Below the pieces are notes generated by a model. That model was not told where the DNA came from. It was given only the letters and a program-made list of their open reading frames with translations, and searched no databases. DNA of 64,000 nt from assembly GCA_050010755.1 (NCBI GenBank), contig JBEKKK010000003.1:1-64000 (forward strand). Direction: 5' to 3'. How positions within the stretch are numbered: position 1 is the stretch's first letter; each line of letters opens with the position of its first letter. This document shows positions 19,301 to 27,120 of the stretch, in pieces. This stretch comes from Candidatus Bathyarchaeia archaeon (lineage in GTDB: Archaea; Thermoproteota; Bathyarchaeia; Bathyarchaeales; Bathycorpusculaceae). Position numbers and translations under genes: made by a program.

Positions 19301-19678
19301 TTAGGCTTTCTCTTTTTCGGTCATCCCGTGACCGATTTCGAGAAGCATAGAAGTATGAAGTTTAAGCATTTCGTTGTGGTAGGGTTCAATAATCATGAGT
19401 GCTTCGAGTGCGTACTTATAGTCTCGTGTCGAGCGTATTTTTAACCCTTTAACACCATGTGCTAGATATTGGTCAAGTAAGGCTTTCGTCTTCACTTTTG
19501 GCTTTTTGCTTTCCGTGTCGAGCGTGTCAACATCTAGCTCGTTATAGATTCTCATCCAATAAATGAGAAGCTTACGAAGAGATTTAATTCGGCACTTTCG
19601 GCATTTTTGAACGATTTCCTTTTCTAGCTCTTGAATCCTGTCGGCGTGTTTATCGAAAGCGTTTTCTTTCTCGGTCAT
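19301..19678 (-). CDS. Hypothetical protein
   Basis: 125 aa, GGTGA upstream, last gene of a leftward operon. Confidence 0.7.
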   Translation of the reverse strand: MTEKENAFDKHADRIQELEKEIVQKCRKCRIKSLRKLLIYWMRIYNELDVDTLDTESKKPKVKTKALLDQYLAHGVKGLKIRSTRDYKYALEALMIIEPYHNEMLKLHTSMLLEIGHGMTEKEKA

Positions 19679-19708
19679 AAAATCACCAAAAAAAGGGGTT
19701 GCTAGGTG

Positions 19709-19933
19709 TCAAACTTTGACTGTTATGCCGTTTGCTTTGTGCCATAGTTTGAAGAATTCTTGAAGTTCTTTTTGCGTGTCTGGGTCTGGGTTCGGGTGCT
19801 CTTTTATGACAGATTCAGCACAGAGTACCACTATATTCTCGTACTTTTCGCACAGATAGTTAAACCGTTGAGCGTCTGAACCGATAAGCCTACCGCATTT
19901 ATTGCCTATGATGTATTCGCCTTTGCCGTTCAT
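19709..19933 (-). CDS. Hypothetical protein
   Basis: 74 aa, operonic spacing. Confidence 0.65.
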   Translation of the reverse strand: MNGKGEYIIGNKCGRLIGSDAQRFNYLCEKYENIVVLCAESVIKEHPNPDPDTQKELQEFFKLWHKANGITVKV

Positions 19934-19939
19934 GCTCGG

Positions 19940-20278
19940 TCACTTCTTCAATATTTGAGCTAGAATTTCTTCTTCGTTTACCATGTCGAGCTTTGCGTCT
20001 GGGTTAATTGTGAAAATGGTTCGTTTGAACTTGAAGACTGTGTTCACAACATTTTTGCCGAGAAGGTCGTACATGCCGATATTGTCGCCTATGAGCCAAC
20101 CGTTTTGCACCATGCAATCAATATAATTCTTTGCACTTCGGGTATCATAGACATGTCCGAACCGCTTTATCATTTCCATTAGTTCGTCAAACTTGAGCGT
20201 CTTCTGCCCCAGCTTCTTATAGGCTAACTCGATGCAGTAGCGTTGAAAGAAATCCCAGACGATTTGTTTGGTGTTCAT
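19940..20278 (-). CDS. Hypothetical protein, possibly winged-helix
   Basis: MNTKQIVWDF..TRSAKNYIDCMVQNGWL; ATGA overlap with the upstream gene. Confidence 0.7.
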   Translation of the reverse strand: MNTKQIVWDFFQRYCIELAYKKLGQKTLKFDELMEMIKRFGHVYDTRSAKNYIDCMVQNGWLIGDNIGMYDLLGKNVVNTVFKFKRTIFTINPDAKLDMVNEEEILAQILKK

Positions 20279-20445
20279 GGTTTGGTCTCTTCCGTAAAGA
20301 TTGAAGCACACCGTAAGCATTGGTAACGCTGAATTTTGCCTTTCTTTGTTGTTCGGTAGCCAGAGCGGTGAACATCGAAGCTTTTGCACCGTGGACACCT
20401 AGCAATGTAGGGTATTGTTTTTTCGGGTTTGGTTTCTTTTGTCAT
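20275..20445 (-). CDS. 56-aa Zn-ribbon protein (InsA-like CPxC..G..QRYQCxxC)
   Basis: Hand-translated MTKETKPEKTIPYIARCPRCKSFDVHRSGYRTTKKGKIQRYQCLRCASIFTEETKP; below the ORF-track cutoff. Confidence 0.7.
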   Translation of the reverse strand: MTKETKPEKTIPYIARCPRCKSFDVHRSGYRTTKKGKIQRYQCLRCASIFTEETKP

Positions 20446-20714
20446 ACGACTTCACTGAGTAGGTAGGTTCTACTCGTACTTATTATACTTTGCGGAATTT
20501 CGTCCATGCTCAAGCTAGGTGCTAGGTAGGTATTTTTTCCTAAGCTTAATTACTCTCAGAAGAGGTAGGTATTTCACCAATTGATTAATTAAGGCTCGTT
20601 TCGTGGTCCGATTGGCGAATGAGTCTCAATAAAACGAATTTTGTTAAAGCAAAAGGAAAGATTTATATGGCAGACTAAAGCGTACTATAGTATAGAACTA
20701 AAGGAGCTTAAATC

Positions 20715-21041
20715 ATGACGCAAAACAGAACAACGGCGTGGATTACAACCGAAACCGCCGAAACGCTCAGAATCTTGTCGGAAGCCACGGGCATAGATTC
20801 AACAGCAATCTTGCACGAGATTTTCGGAAAGAATGTGAAGCAGATTCTCGCCGACCTGTACGAAGGCAAAAGACTGCTTTTTATGGTCGAATATGATTTG
20901 GCGAACAAAGAAATTAAACTCAAATTCTCAAACAGCTTTCTCGGTTTGGTCAATTTTTCTGAGTTGCCCCCCACGGCGAAGAGGTACTATTCAGCCCTCA
21001 AAAAGAAAGAAGATGCAGAATTGAGAGGGAATAAGAAATGA
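20715..21041 (+). CDS. Putative ribbon-helix-helix-like regulator / hypothetical protein
   Basis: RTTAWITTETAETLRILSEATGI; AAGGAG RBS. Confidence 0.6.
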   Translation: MTQNRTTAWITTETAETLRILSEATGIDSTAILHEIFGKNVKQILADLYEGKRLLFMVEYDLANKEIKLKFSNSFLGLVNFSELPPTAKRYYSALKKKEDAELRGNKK

Positions 21042-21763
21042 ACGAACAAGAAAAAGACAAAGACAAGAAAGCGGTAACACACATTCAAATTGATGATTCG
21101 GCACTCTTGGAAACAGGAAAAAAACTCGGTGAATTAGAAGAGCGACTTGACCAAATCGAAGGAGAAAAAACAGAAGCTTTCGACCTAGACGCAAAACGGA
21201 AAGAGTTGGCTCACGATTTCAACGATAATCGGTTTCTTGAGGCAGAGGATAAAAAAGAGCTTGCCCAAATGGTTGCTGAGGTCGTAAGAGAAACTCAGGA
21301 GCTAAGAGCTAATACACCCGCACCTTCTGGTTCAGCACCTCTTAACGATGCCCAATATGGACGCAACCAAAACAGTGATTTGAAAAGCATGAAGTTCGAA
21401 AGCCACGAAGCTCTTGTTAGTCATTTGCGTGAGCTTGAGCAAAACGGCACACAAGAGGAAAAAGCTGAGGCAAAACAGGTGTTGGATATTTTGTGGCGTA
21501 AGACGGTTGAAGCTATGAAAAACGGTCAAAATATCTCTTATGGTTCGGACACGGACAATCTCAAAAGTGAGGAAGGTAAAAGTCCCGTTCAAGTTGAATT
21601 AACAGGTAGTGAACGAAATTCGCCAGACTCCGAGCTACAGAAATATTTAGCTCGTGCGAACGAAAGAGAACGAGAAAAGGCTCGGCAAAAAAGCCAGAAT
21701 TACTATCTCGAAACTGAGGCAGAAGCTCAGAAACAGAAAGAACGCAATAAGAAGGTAAGCTAA
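21038..21763 (+). CDS. Coiled-coil hypothetical protein
   Basis: 241 aa, E/K-rich, ATGA overlap. Confidence 0.75.
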   Translation: MNEQEKDKDKKAVTHIQIDDSALLETGKKLGELEERLDQIEGEKTEAFDLDAKRKELAHDFNDNRFLEAEDKKELAQMVAEVVRETQELRANTPAPSGSAPLNDAQYGRNQNSDLKSMKFESHEALVSHLRELEQNGTQEEKAEAKQVLDILWRKTVEAMKNGQNISYGSDTDNLKSEEGKSPVQVELTGSERNSPDSELQKYLARANEREREKARQKSQNYYLETEAEAQKQKERNKKVS

Positions 21764-21764
21764 A

Positions 21765-22193
21765 ATGTTAGTGAAAGAAGGAAGAAACATTTCGGTTCCA
21801 GTAATTTTCTACCGTGAAAATTCCGACAGTCACGGACGGAGAACCAGAATCTTCTTAGAAACTACATGCACGATAAAGTGCTGGAACGAAGACGACTATG
21901 TACATTGGACCGTGAAACTGCTTAAAGGTCACACGGGACGCATGGTAAAACCAGCACCAAACCAGCCTCAAGTGCCAGAAAGATGCTTGAAAATCTATGT
22001 TTGCAGAATCGACAAAGACGGCGAAGGTGGTTCAACCGAGCAAATCAGCATTTCTTCAAAATACGATGGTCTCTCAATCAAAATTTCCGAAGACGAAACC
22101 GTGATTAGCTCTAAAGAGGCTTTTCAGAAAATATCGAGTGCCTCATGCTTGTTTCTCACAGAAGATTTTGCTCTTCCATGGATTGAAAATTAA
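21765..22193 (+). CDS. Hypothetical protein
   Basis: 142 aa, 1-bp spacing from the upstream gene. Confidence 0.7.
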   Translation: MLVKEGRNISVPVIFYRENSDSHGRRTRIFLETTCTIKCWNEDDYVHWTVKLLKGHTGRMVKPAPNQPQVPERCLKIYVCRIDKDGEGGSTEQISISSKYDGLSIKISEDETVISSKEAFQKISSASCLFLTEDFALPWIEN

Positions 22194-22206
22194 CGGTGGT
22201 GATTGA

Positions 22207-22551
22207 ATGTCGAATAACAACGAAACGGGTTCAGGTCCAACAACGGACATAGATTCTGTGAAGGAAAAACAGAAAAAGAAACATTTCGGGTTTGAGAATC
22301 CGATAAAGGAATCAGACGCTTACACGCCGAGTGAAGACGATAAAATCGTTCAAGATGCAGACATGAGCATAGAGCCAAAAATCGAAACCGATTTGCCAGA
22401 AGTTGACGGACACAAACAAGCATACGACCCTAAGACGACTGAGTACATCGAAAAAGATACCTATCCGAGCTTCGGACAAGAGCAAGCGGATAAACCACGC
22501 AAGAAAGTTGGAAAGGACCCGAAAAACCTACCATGGGACCAAAAAGAATAG
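22207..22551 (+). CDS. Acidic, likely disordered hypothetical protein
   Basis: 114 aa, GGTGA RBS. Confidence 0.7.
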   Translation: MSNNNETGSGPTTDIDSVKEKQKKKHFGFENPIKESDAYTPSEDDKIVQDADMSIEPKIETDLPEVDGHKQAYDPKTTEYIEKDTYPSFGQEQADKPRKKVGKDPKNLPWDQKE

Positions 22552-22554
22552 ACG

Positions 22555-22639
22555 GTGACGGGACACGGTGGTTTTTCTTACTCCTATTTGGTCACAAATC
22601 ACGCACATCGGGCATTTTCTGTTTCCACCGTGCCCTCAC
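22555..22639 (+). ncRNA. Predicted intergenic stem-loop with TCTTACTCCT in the loop
   Basis: GTGA.GGG.CACGGTGG pairs with CCACCGTGCCCTCAC. Confidence 0.4.
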
Positions 22640-22667
22640 ATTTCATAATAACAAAAGGTGAATAAAT

Positions 22668-23210
22668 ATGGATGAAAACGAAGAAGAAGATTCAGAACAA
22701 GAAGAAAACGAAAACCCAGAAGACACTGGCGAAACCGAAGAGCTTTCTTATGAGCAAAAATTAGAAAAATGGTTCGCCGAGATTGAGGCAAAAGACGGCG
22801 TAGAGGTCGCAAACCAATATCGAAAGAAAATTGCGGCTGAACGAGAGTTGAAACATTGGGCTGATTCTGAAAAGTGGTTGGAATACTTTAGAGAGCTACA
22901 GGTGAAACAGATTGACAAAGCCATTATGTTTGATGTTGAACTTACCCAGAGATGCAGAGAATACATGAAGAAGTCGCAAGAGCGTCTTGAAAAGTTCATG
23001 GCTGACTCGGATGCTCGTGACGAATTGCTTAACAAAAAAGTTCTTGAGTTGCTCGCTCGAAGTGAAGAAAGAGATAGAAAATACGATGAACGACTCAACG
23101 CTGATTTGGATGAGGACGAAAAAAGAGACAGTGCATGGGAAAAGAAAACCTCTGAACTCGCCGCTCTGAAAAAGAGGCTTTACGAAACTCAACTCAAAAA
23201 AGTGAGCTAA
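22668..23210 (+). CDS. Acidic coiled-coil hypothetical protein
   Basis: 180 aa, AGGTGA RBS. Confidence 0.75.
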   Translation: MDENEEEDSEQEENENPEDTGETEELSYEQKLEKWFAEIEAKDGVEVANQYRKKIAAERELKHWADSEKWLEYFRELQVKQIDKAIMFDVELTQRCREYMKKSQERLEKFMADSDARDELLNKKVLELLARSEERDRKYDERLNADLDEDEKRDSAWEKKTSELAALKKRLYETQLKKVS

Positions 23211-23211
23211 A

Positions 23212-23418
23212 TTGAAATGTGCCTTCTGTCATCGCAAGCTCTTGTTCTCGAACCCGAAATTAATTAGCAAAGAATCTGAGTCTGGGAAATTTTACCACAA
23301 AGATTGCTTGAAGAAAAAGCATCGACTTGAATTCGAAGCCTTAGAGCGAAAGCGTGAAGATGCAAAACAGAAGCACTTTTCAGACGATGGTTTTCTAGTT
23401 TGGGAAGGGGAAGATTGA
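23212..23418 (+). CDS. Small Zn-finger protein (CxxC..HxxC)
   Basis: CAFC..YHKDC; TTG start 1 bp after the upstream stop. Confidence 0.6.
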   Translation: MKCAFCHRKLLFSNPKLISKESESGKFYHKDCLKKKHRLEFEALERKREDAKQKHFSDDGFLVWEGED

Positions 23419-23434
23419 GTGAACACAGTGACAA

Positions 23435-23563
23435 GTGAGGACGGCATAAGGACGGTATGGCGTGTCTTACTCTCCACCGTGAAAAGTGGCATGACCCTAT
23501 TCTCTTCGGAGATAGCAAAATCCGTGACCAGCCTCAACTCTGGTGATTCAATGCCGTCCTCAC
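23435..23563 (+). ncRNA. Candidate structured RNA: multi-branch junction closed by a 13-bp perfect stem, with cUUCGg tetraloop
   Basis: GTGAGGACGGCAT/ATGCCGTCCTCAC; inner hairpins ACGGT/ACCGT, TCTC-TTCG-GAGA, ACCAG/CTGGT. Confidence 0.55.
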
Positions 23564-23582
23564 AACTCACACATTAAGGAGT

Positions 23583-24005
23583 GTGACAAAGTTTCCGTTT
23601 AAAGATGCAGAGCAAAAAAAGCGTTATAATCAAATCTACAGGGAGAACCAACGGGAGCTTCGAGAAGAGGCTAGAATCGAGATGCTTCGCACAGTCAACG
23701 AGACTATTGCAGAACATAACCCCACCGACATAAACAGTCTTTTGCAACTTGACACGGATTTGCGATTCTATAAGACTTACGGCGATTTTAAACGGGACCA
23801 TCCAGATGCTCAGTTTTCAGAATTTCTAACTTATCAATCAGACGAAAAAGAGTGGTTGTTCGAGCGACAAAGTGAGAGAGTCTTAGCGGTGCAACGAGCA
23901 TTAGTTTTCTTGGACGGGTCCGAGCCAAAAATGCGAATCTGGCGTGAAATGTTTCCACGATTCTTTGAGAAGTACGAGCATAAAATAGAGGTTTTACAGT
24001 CATGA
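23583..24005 (+). CDS. Hypothetical protein
   Basis: 140 aa, N-terminal PFKD..KKRYN..YRE motif typical of mobile-element proteins; AAGGAG upstream. Confidence 0.7.
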   Translation: MTKFPFKDAEQKKRYNQIYRENQRELREEARIEMLRTVNETIAEHNPTDINSLLQLDTDLRFYKTYGDFKRDHPDAQFSEFLTYQSDEKEWLFERQSERVLAVQRALVFLDGSEPKMRIWREMFPRFFEKYEHKIEVLQS

Positions 24006-24234
24006 GCTTAGGGTTTGTCTGTTTTCACCTCACTTGCCCTAGTTCAAGACTAGGTTCGAGAGATACAACTCTCGAATCATATTCACGGTCACTGAGCGTT
24101 TCGAGCATGTTGAGGGTGACTCTGGAAAACTCTGCATTTTCAACCCTATGTTGATGACACCTTTCCAGAAGACGAACGGTTAAGTGAAGCACTACGAACT
24201 TCACAATTAACCGAGTCGAACCGCTCTCCATGAC
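24004..24234. ncRNA. Candidate structured RNA / ssDNA structure between convergent genes
   Basis: At least five stems: 24004-13/24037-45, 24055-62/24069-76, 24094-104/24216-26, 24121-28/24162-69, 24177-89/24199-213. Confidence 0.45.
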
Positions 24235-24272
24235 ACTAACGAAAAGTCGGAATGAAGAGGGTTTCGAGACCG

Positions 24273-24467
24273 CTATAAATCGTCCTCTTTATCTGGGGTT
24301 TCATCATCAAACCCTGTTTCGTCTGGGTCCTCTTGCTCTGTGAGGTCTTCGTATGAATCATCTTTTTTCAAGCTTTCAGAACCGCACTTAGGACACCGTG
24401 GTTTTTCGTTGGGTTTTGGTGTGAATTTGTGACCGCAATTCTGGCATTCTAGCGTTTCGGTTTGCAC
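24273..24467 (-). CDS. Zn-ribbon protein with acidic tail
   Basis: CQNCG..CPKCGS, D/E-rich C-terminus; directly downstream of the integrase. Confidence 0.7.
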   Translation of the reverse strand: MQTETLECQNCGHKFTPKPNEKPRCPKCGSESLKKDDSYEDLTEQEDPDETGFDDETPDKEDDL

Positions 24468-24480
24468 GGTTTCGCTTCTT

Positions 24481-25650
24481 TTAGGTTATATCGACCTTTT
24501 CTTTTAGCTCTAGAAATTCTCGTTTGACTGTCGGTAGCTCAAAAAGTTGGCTTATGCTTTTGCTCATGGTGTTCTGGCTCTTCCTAAGAATCTCGATTTC
24601 AGCGTCTTTCTCTGCTTGTTGTGTCTTTAACGCTTTGATTTCTTCGTCCTTCTGGGCTAACATCTGTATGAGTTGCTCAGTTGTGGTGCTTAATGCTTCA
24701 ACCTTCTTTTTGACTTCTCCATTTCCATTTCCCAGAACCAAATCGGGCATAGCTCTGGCGAATAGTTCTCTGAGATTCTTAATGTCGAGATAGGCTCTCT
24801 GAGTAGCGTCAACTTTGTGACCGACTATCAAATCCGCTTTTTCACCCGACATAACGCTCTTCAAAGCGTCATTTCCAAATTTCCTCAAGTTATGAAAGCG
24901 AACTAAGGCATTTCCCGTTTGAATCTGTGCTTTCTTCACTAGCGATTTCAGAATATCACTAGCGGTTTCGTGGCTCTTAGCGAAGACTCTATCACTATCA
25001 GCTTTATCTTTCCCTAGTTCGAGCAATTGCTTAACGACTTGAACAACATCAGAATCTAAGAACGGGTGTGCTTCTACTCTCTTCTTTTCCGTGCCAACTG
25101 TGCCGAAATATACGGGTGCTTCTTCGTCTAGGTGAAGGCTTCTAAGTTTTCCGTAAGTAATTGAGGCGAAGTCTTCGATTCTCATCATAAGGCTCTTGTT
25201 GCACAAAATCCACTTCTCGGATAGGTCAGCCAGATTCCACATTTTTATTAGGTCATTTCTCGAAAAAAGAAAGTCTTCTGTGCTTCGAATTCTTCCGTTC
25301 AGTTTTTCCTTTTGCTCTCTCGTGAGAACTAGCGGCATCCTTTTACTAGAAAAGTAGCCACGGACCGCCGCACAGATTGAGACACTAACATTTATGTTAT
25401 ATTTCTCTGGGATTCTTCCCTTCTGTGGTGTTGTGAGCCAATCGAAGAAAGTTTCGATTTTTTCCTCTTCCCATAATTTCTTTTCTTGAATCAGCTTTTC
25501 TCCCGTTATAGTCGGGTCGAACACCAAGAGCTTTCTGAAGTAGCTCTGATATGTGACTCTGCTTTTCTCTCGTTTCTTCATAATGAATGCTTCGATGTCT
25601 TGAGGTAGCTCGATAATTTTTTTGCCGTTCTTGGCTTTTATCATGGTCAT
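24481..25650 (-). CDS. Tyrosine recombinase/integrase with C-terminal coiled coil
   Basis: Catalytic R (MMRIEDF), K (TEKK), HxxR (FHNLRK), H (IVGH), Y (RAYL); start MTMIKAK at 25650. Confidence 0.9.
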   Translation of the reverse strand: MTMIKAKNGKKIIELPQDIEAFIMKKREKSRVTYQSYFRKLLVFDPTITGEKLIQEKKLWEEEKIETFFDWLTTPQKGRIPEKYNINVSVSICAAVRGYFSSKRMPLVLTREQKEKLNGRIRSTEDFLFSRNDLIKMWNLADLSEKWILCNKSLMMRIEDFASITYGKLRSLHLDEEAPVYFGTVGTEKKRVEAHPFLDSDVVQVVKQLLELGKDKADSDRVFAKSHETASDILKSLVKKAQIQTGNALVRFHNLRKFGNDALKSVMSGEKADLIVGHKVDATQRAYLDIKNLRELFARAMPDLVLGNGNGEVKKKVEALSTTTEQLIQMLAQKDEEIKALKTQQAEKDAEIEILRKSQNTMSKSISQLFELPTVKREFLELKEKVDIT

Positions 25651-25909
25651 TCTGTCACATTCCTTAAGATATGATATAGCACCGTGGTTAAAATACTTTT
25701 CCGAAGAAATACCATAGTACAACATTACAACTAACCTCACAACCGTAGAGACGGGGGGAAGGCAACATGGACACACATGTGGATCCATTACATCGCAACA
25801 TTGCATCTGATGTAAAGAAAAAAAGGGGAGGGGTCGAGGGCGGAAGTCCCAGCGTTCACCTCACCATGCCGGCCGCGGCTTTTTCATGCATGAGAAGCGC
25901 GTTAACGTT

Positions 25910-27025
25910 TCATTTGGCTATTTCGTCATGGTACAATCTTAAAACGAGTTCGGCTATTGCGGGAGAAGCAGTCAAGCCTGGAGACTCTATGCCTACCAGG
26001 TTTACGAGCCCGAACAGGCCTCTGTCAGCCTCATGCCTTATCACGAAATCCTTGAACCCCATTCCCGGACCCTCAAGCTTCGGCCTCACACCGGCCGAGT
26101 CTGCCCTTATCTCCCGTTCGGCTATCGAGGGCAGAAACCTCTCCACGTCTGCGCGAAACTCTTTCTCGCTCGATTCAACCTCATAGCTCACATCGTGAAC
26201 GTAATACGCGTTAGGACCCAGCCGCACCCCGCCAGCCATGTCAGGAGTCAGGTGGATCCCCAGTCCGGGGCCCTTCGGAACCGGATACACCAACATCCTA
26301 ACGAGAGGCTTGCCGCTCAGCCTAAAATAGTCCCCCTTACACCAGTGCAGCCTATAGCCAAGCCGGTCGACATCCAACCCCGCCATAGAAGCCACCCTGT
26401 CAGAGTAGAGACCTGCACAGTTTATGACCGCCTCCGCTCGGATGGTAAACTTCTCGTCAGTGCTGACTCCGCCCACTTCATAATCGTCGCCGACTTTCTT
26501 CATGCTAGTAACTTCGGTTACCGGAACGAACAGGCCGCTGTGCCTCTGAATTTCCGAGTAGAAATGGTTCATCAACTCGTCGGGTTCAAGGATACCCGTT
26601 GTCGGCGAATAGAGCGCTCTTTCAACCTCAACCTTAGGTTCCAGCCTTCTAACCTCTTCCTTTCCAATCATCCTCAACTCTTCCACGCCATTAGCCTCCC
26701 CCTGCCGCATCAGCCTCTCAAGCTCCTCTATCTCTTCGTCCTCAATGGCCACAGTGAGCTTGCCCAACCTCTTGAAGGGAACCCCATGCTCCTCACACAA
26801 GTCGTAGAGCATCCTGTTACCCTTCACACAAAGCTCGGCCTTGAGAGACTTAGGCGGATAATGTATACCCGAATGGATAACCCCGCTGTTGTGCCCACTC
26901 GTCTCCTGCCCAAACCTCTTGTTCTTCTCAAGAACATAAACGTCCTGACATTCCTCAGAGAGCCTTGCAGCTACCGCCAGGCCCACCACGCCCGCTCCAA
27001 CCACGACGATTTTAGCTTTTTCCAT
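25910..27025 (-). CDS. FAD-dependent oxidoreductase (L-2-hydroxyglutarate oxidase LhgO-like)
   Basis: GAGVVG, ETSGHNSGVIHSG, GIESPGLTASPAIA. Confidence 0.9.
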   Translation of the reverse strand: MEKAKIVVVGAGVVGLAVAARLSEECQDVYVLEKNKRFGQETSGHNSGVIHSGIHYPPKSLKAELCVKGNRMLYDLCEEHGVPFKRLGKLTVAIEDEEIEELERLMRQGEANGVEELRMIGKEEVRRLEPKVEVERALYSPTTGILEPDELMNHFYSEIQRHSGLFVPVTEVTSMKKVGDDYEVGGVSTDEKFTIRAEAVINCAGLYSDRVASMAGLDVDRLGYRLHWCKGDYFRLSGKPLVRMLVYPVPKGPGLGIHLTPDMAGGVRLGPNAYYVHDVSYEVESSEKEFRADVERFLPSIAEREIRADSAGVRPKLEGPGMGFKDFVIRHEADRGLFGLVNLVGIESPGLTASPAIAELVLRLYHDEIAK

Positions 27026-27120
27026 TCGTCACAATCAAAAAGCGTCCGCTAATAAACCTTTAGACAGACGTGGCCTTCCATTGCCTTAACATCTCGCTGG
27101 AGCGACGCGAAAAGGCTTTT

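Larger units (their letters stand above)
16303..25750. mobile_element. Integrated tyrosine-recombinase element (plasmid/provirus-like)
   Basis: Integrase at right end, dense small orphan ORFs in divergent operons, AT-richer composition; candidate junction similarity 16303-16323 vs 25720-25742; boundaries approximate. Confidence 0.75.

Noticed and set aside
20275-20445. IS1 element
   Set aside because: Only the InsA-like Zn ribbon is present; no DDE domain or terminal inverted repeats
24025-24231. 68-aa ORF on the minus strand
   Set aside because: No motif, and it overlaps a strongly base-paired region; kept as non-coding with uncertainty
17124-24264. GAAGAGGGTTT repeat at 17124 and 24254 as att sites
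   Set aside because: The integrase lies outside the pair; both follow minus-strand stops and look like terminator tracts
26033-27052. 339-aa plus-strand ORF
   Set aside because: Antisense shadow of the FAD oxidoreductase; the same applies to the many shadow ORFs over pyrG, ileS, ADH and nop5
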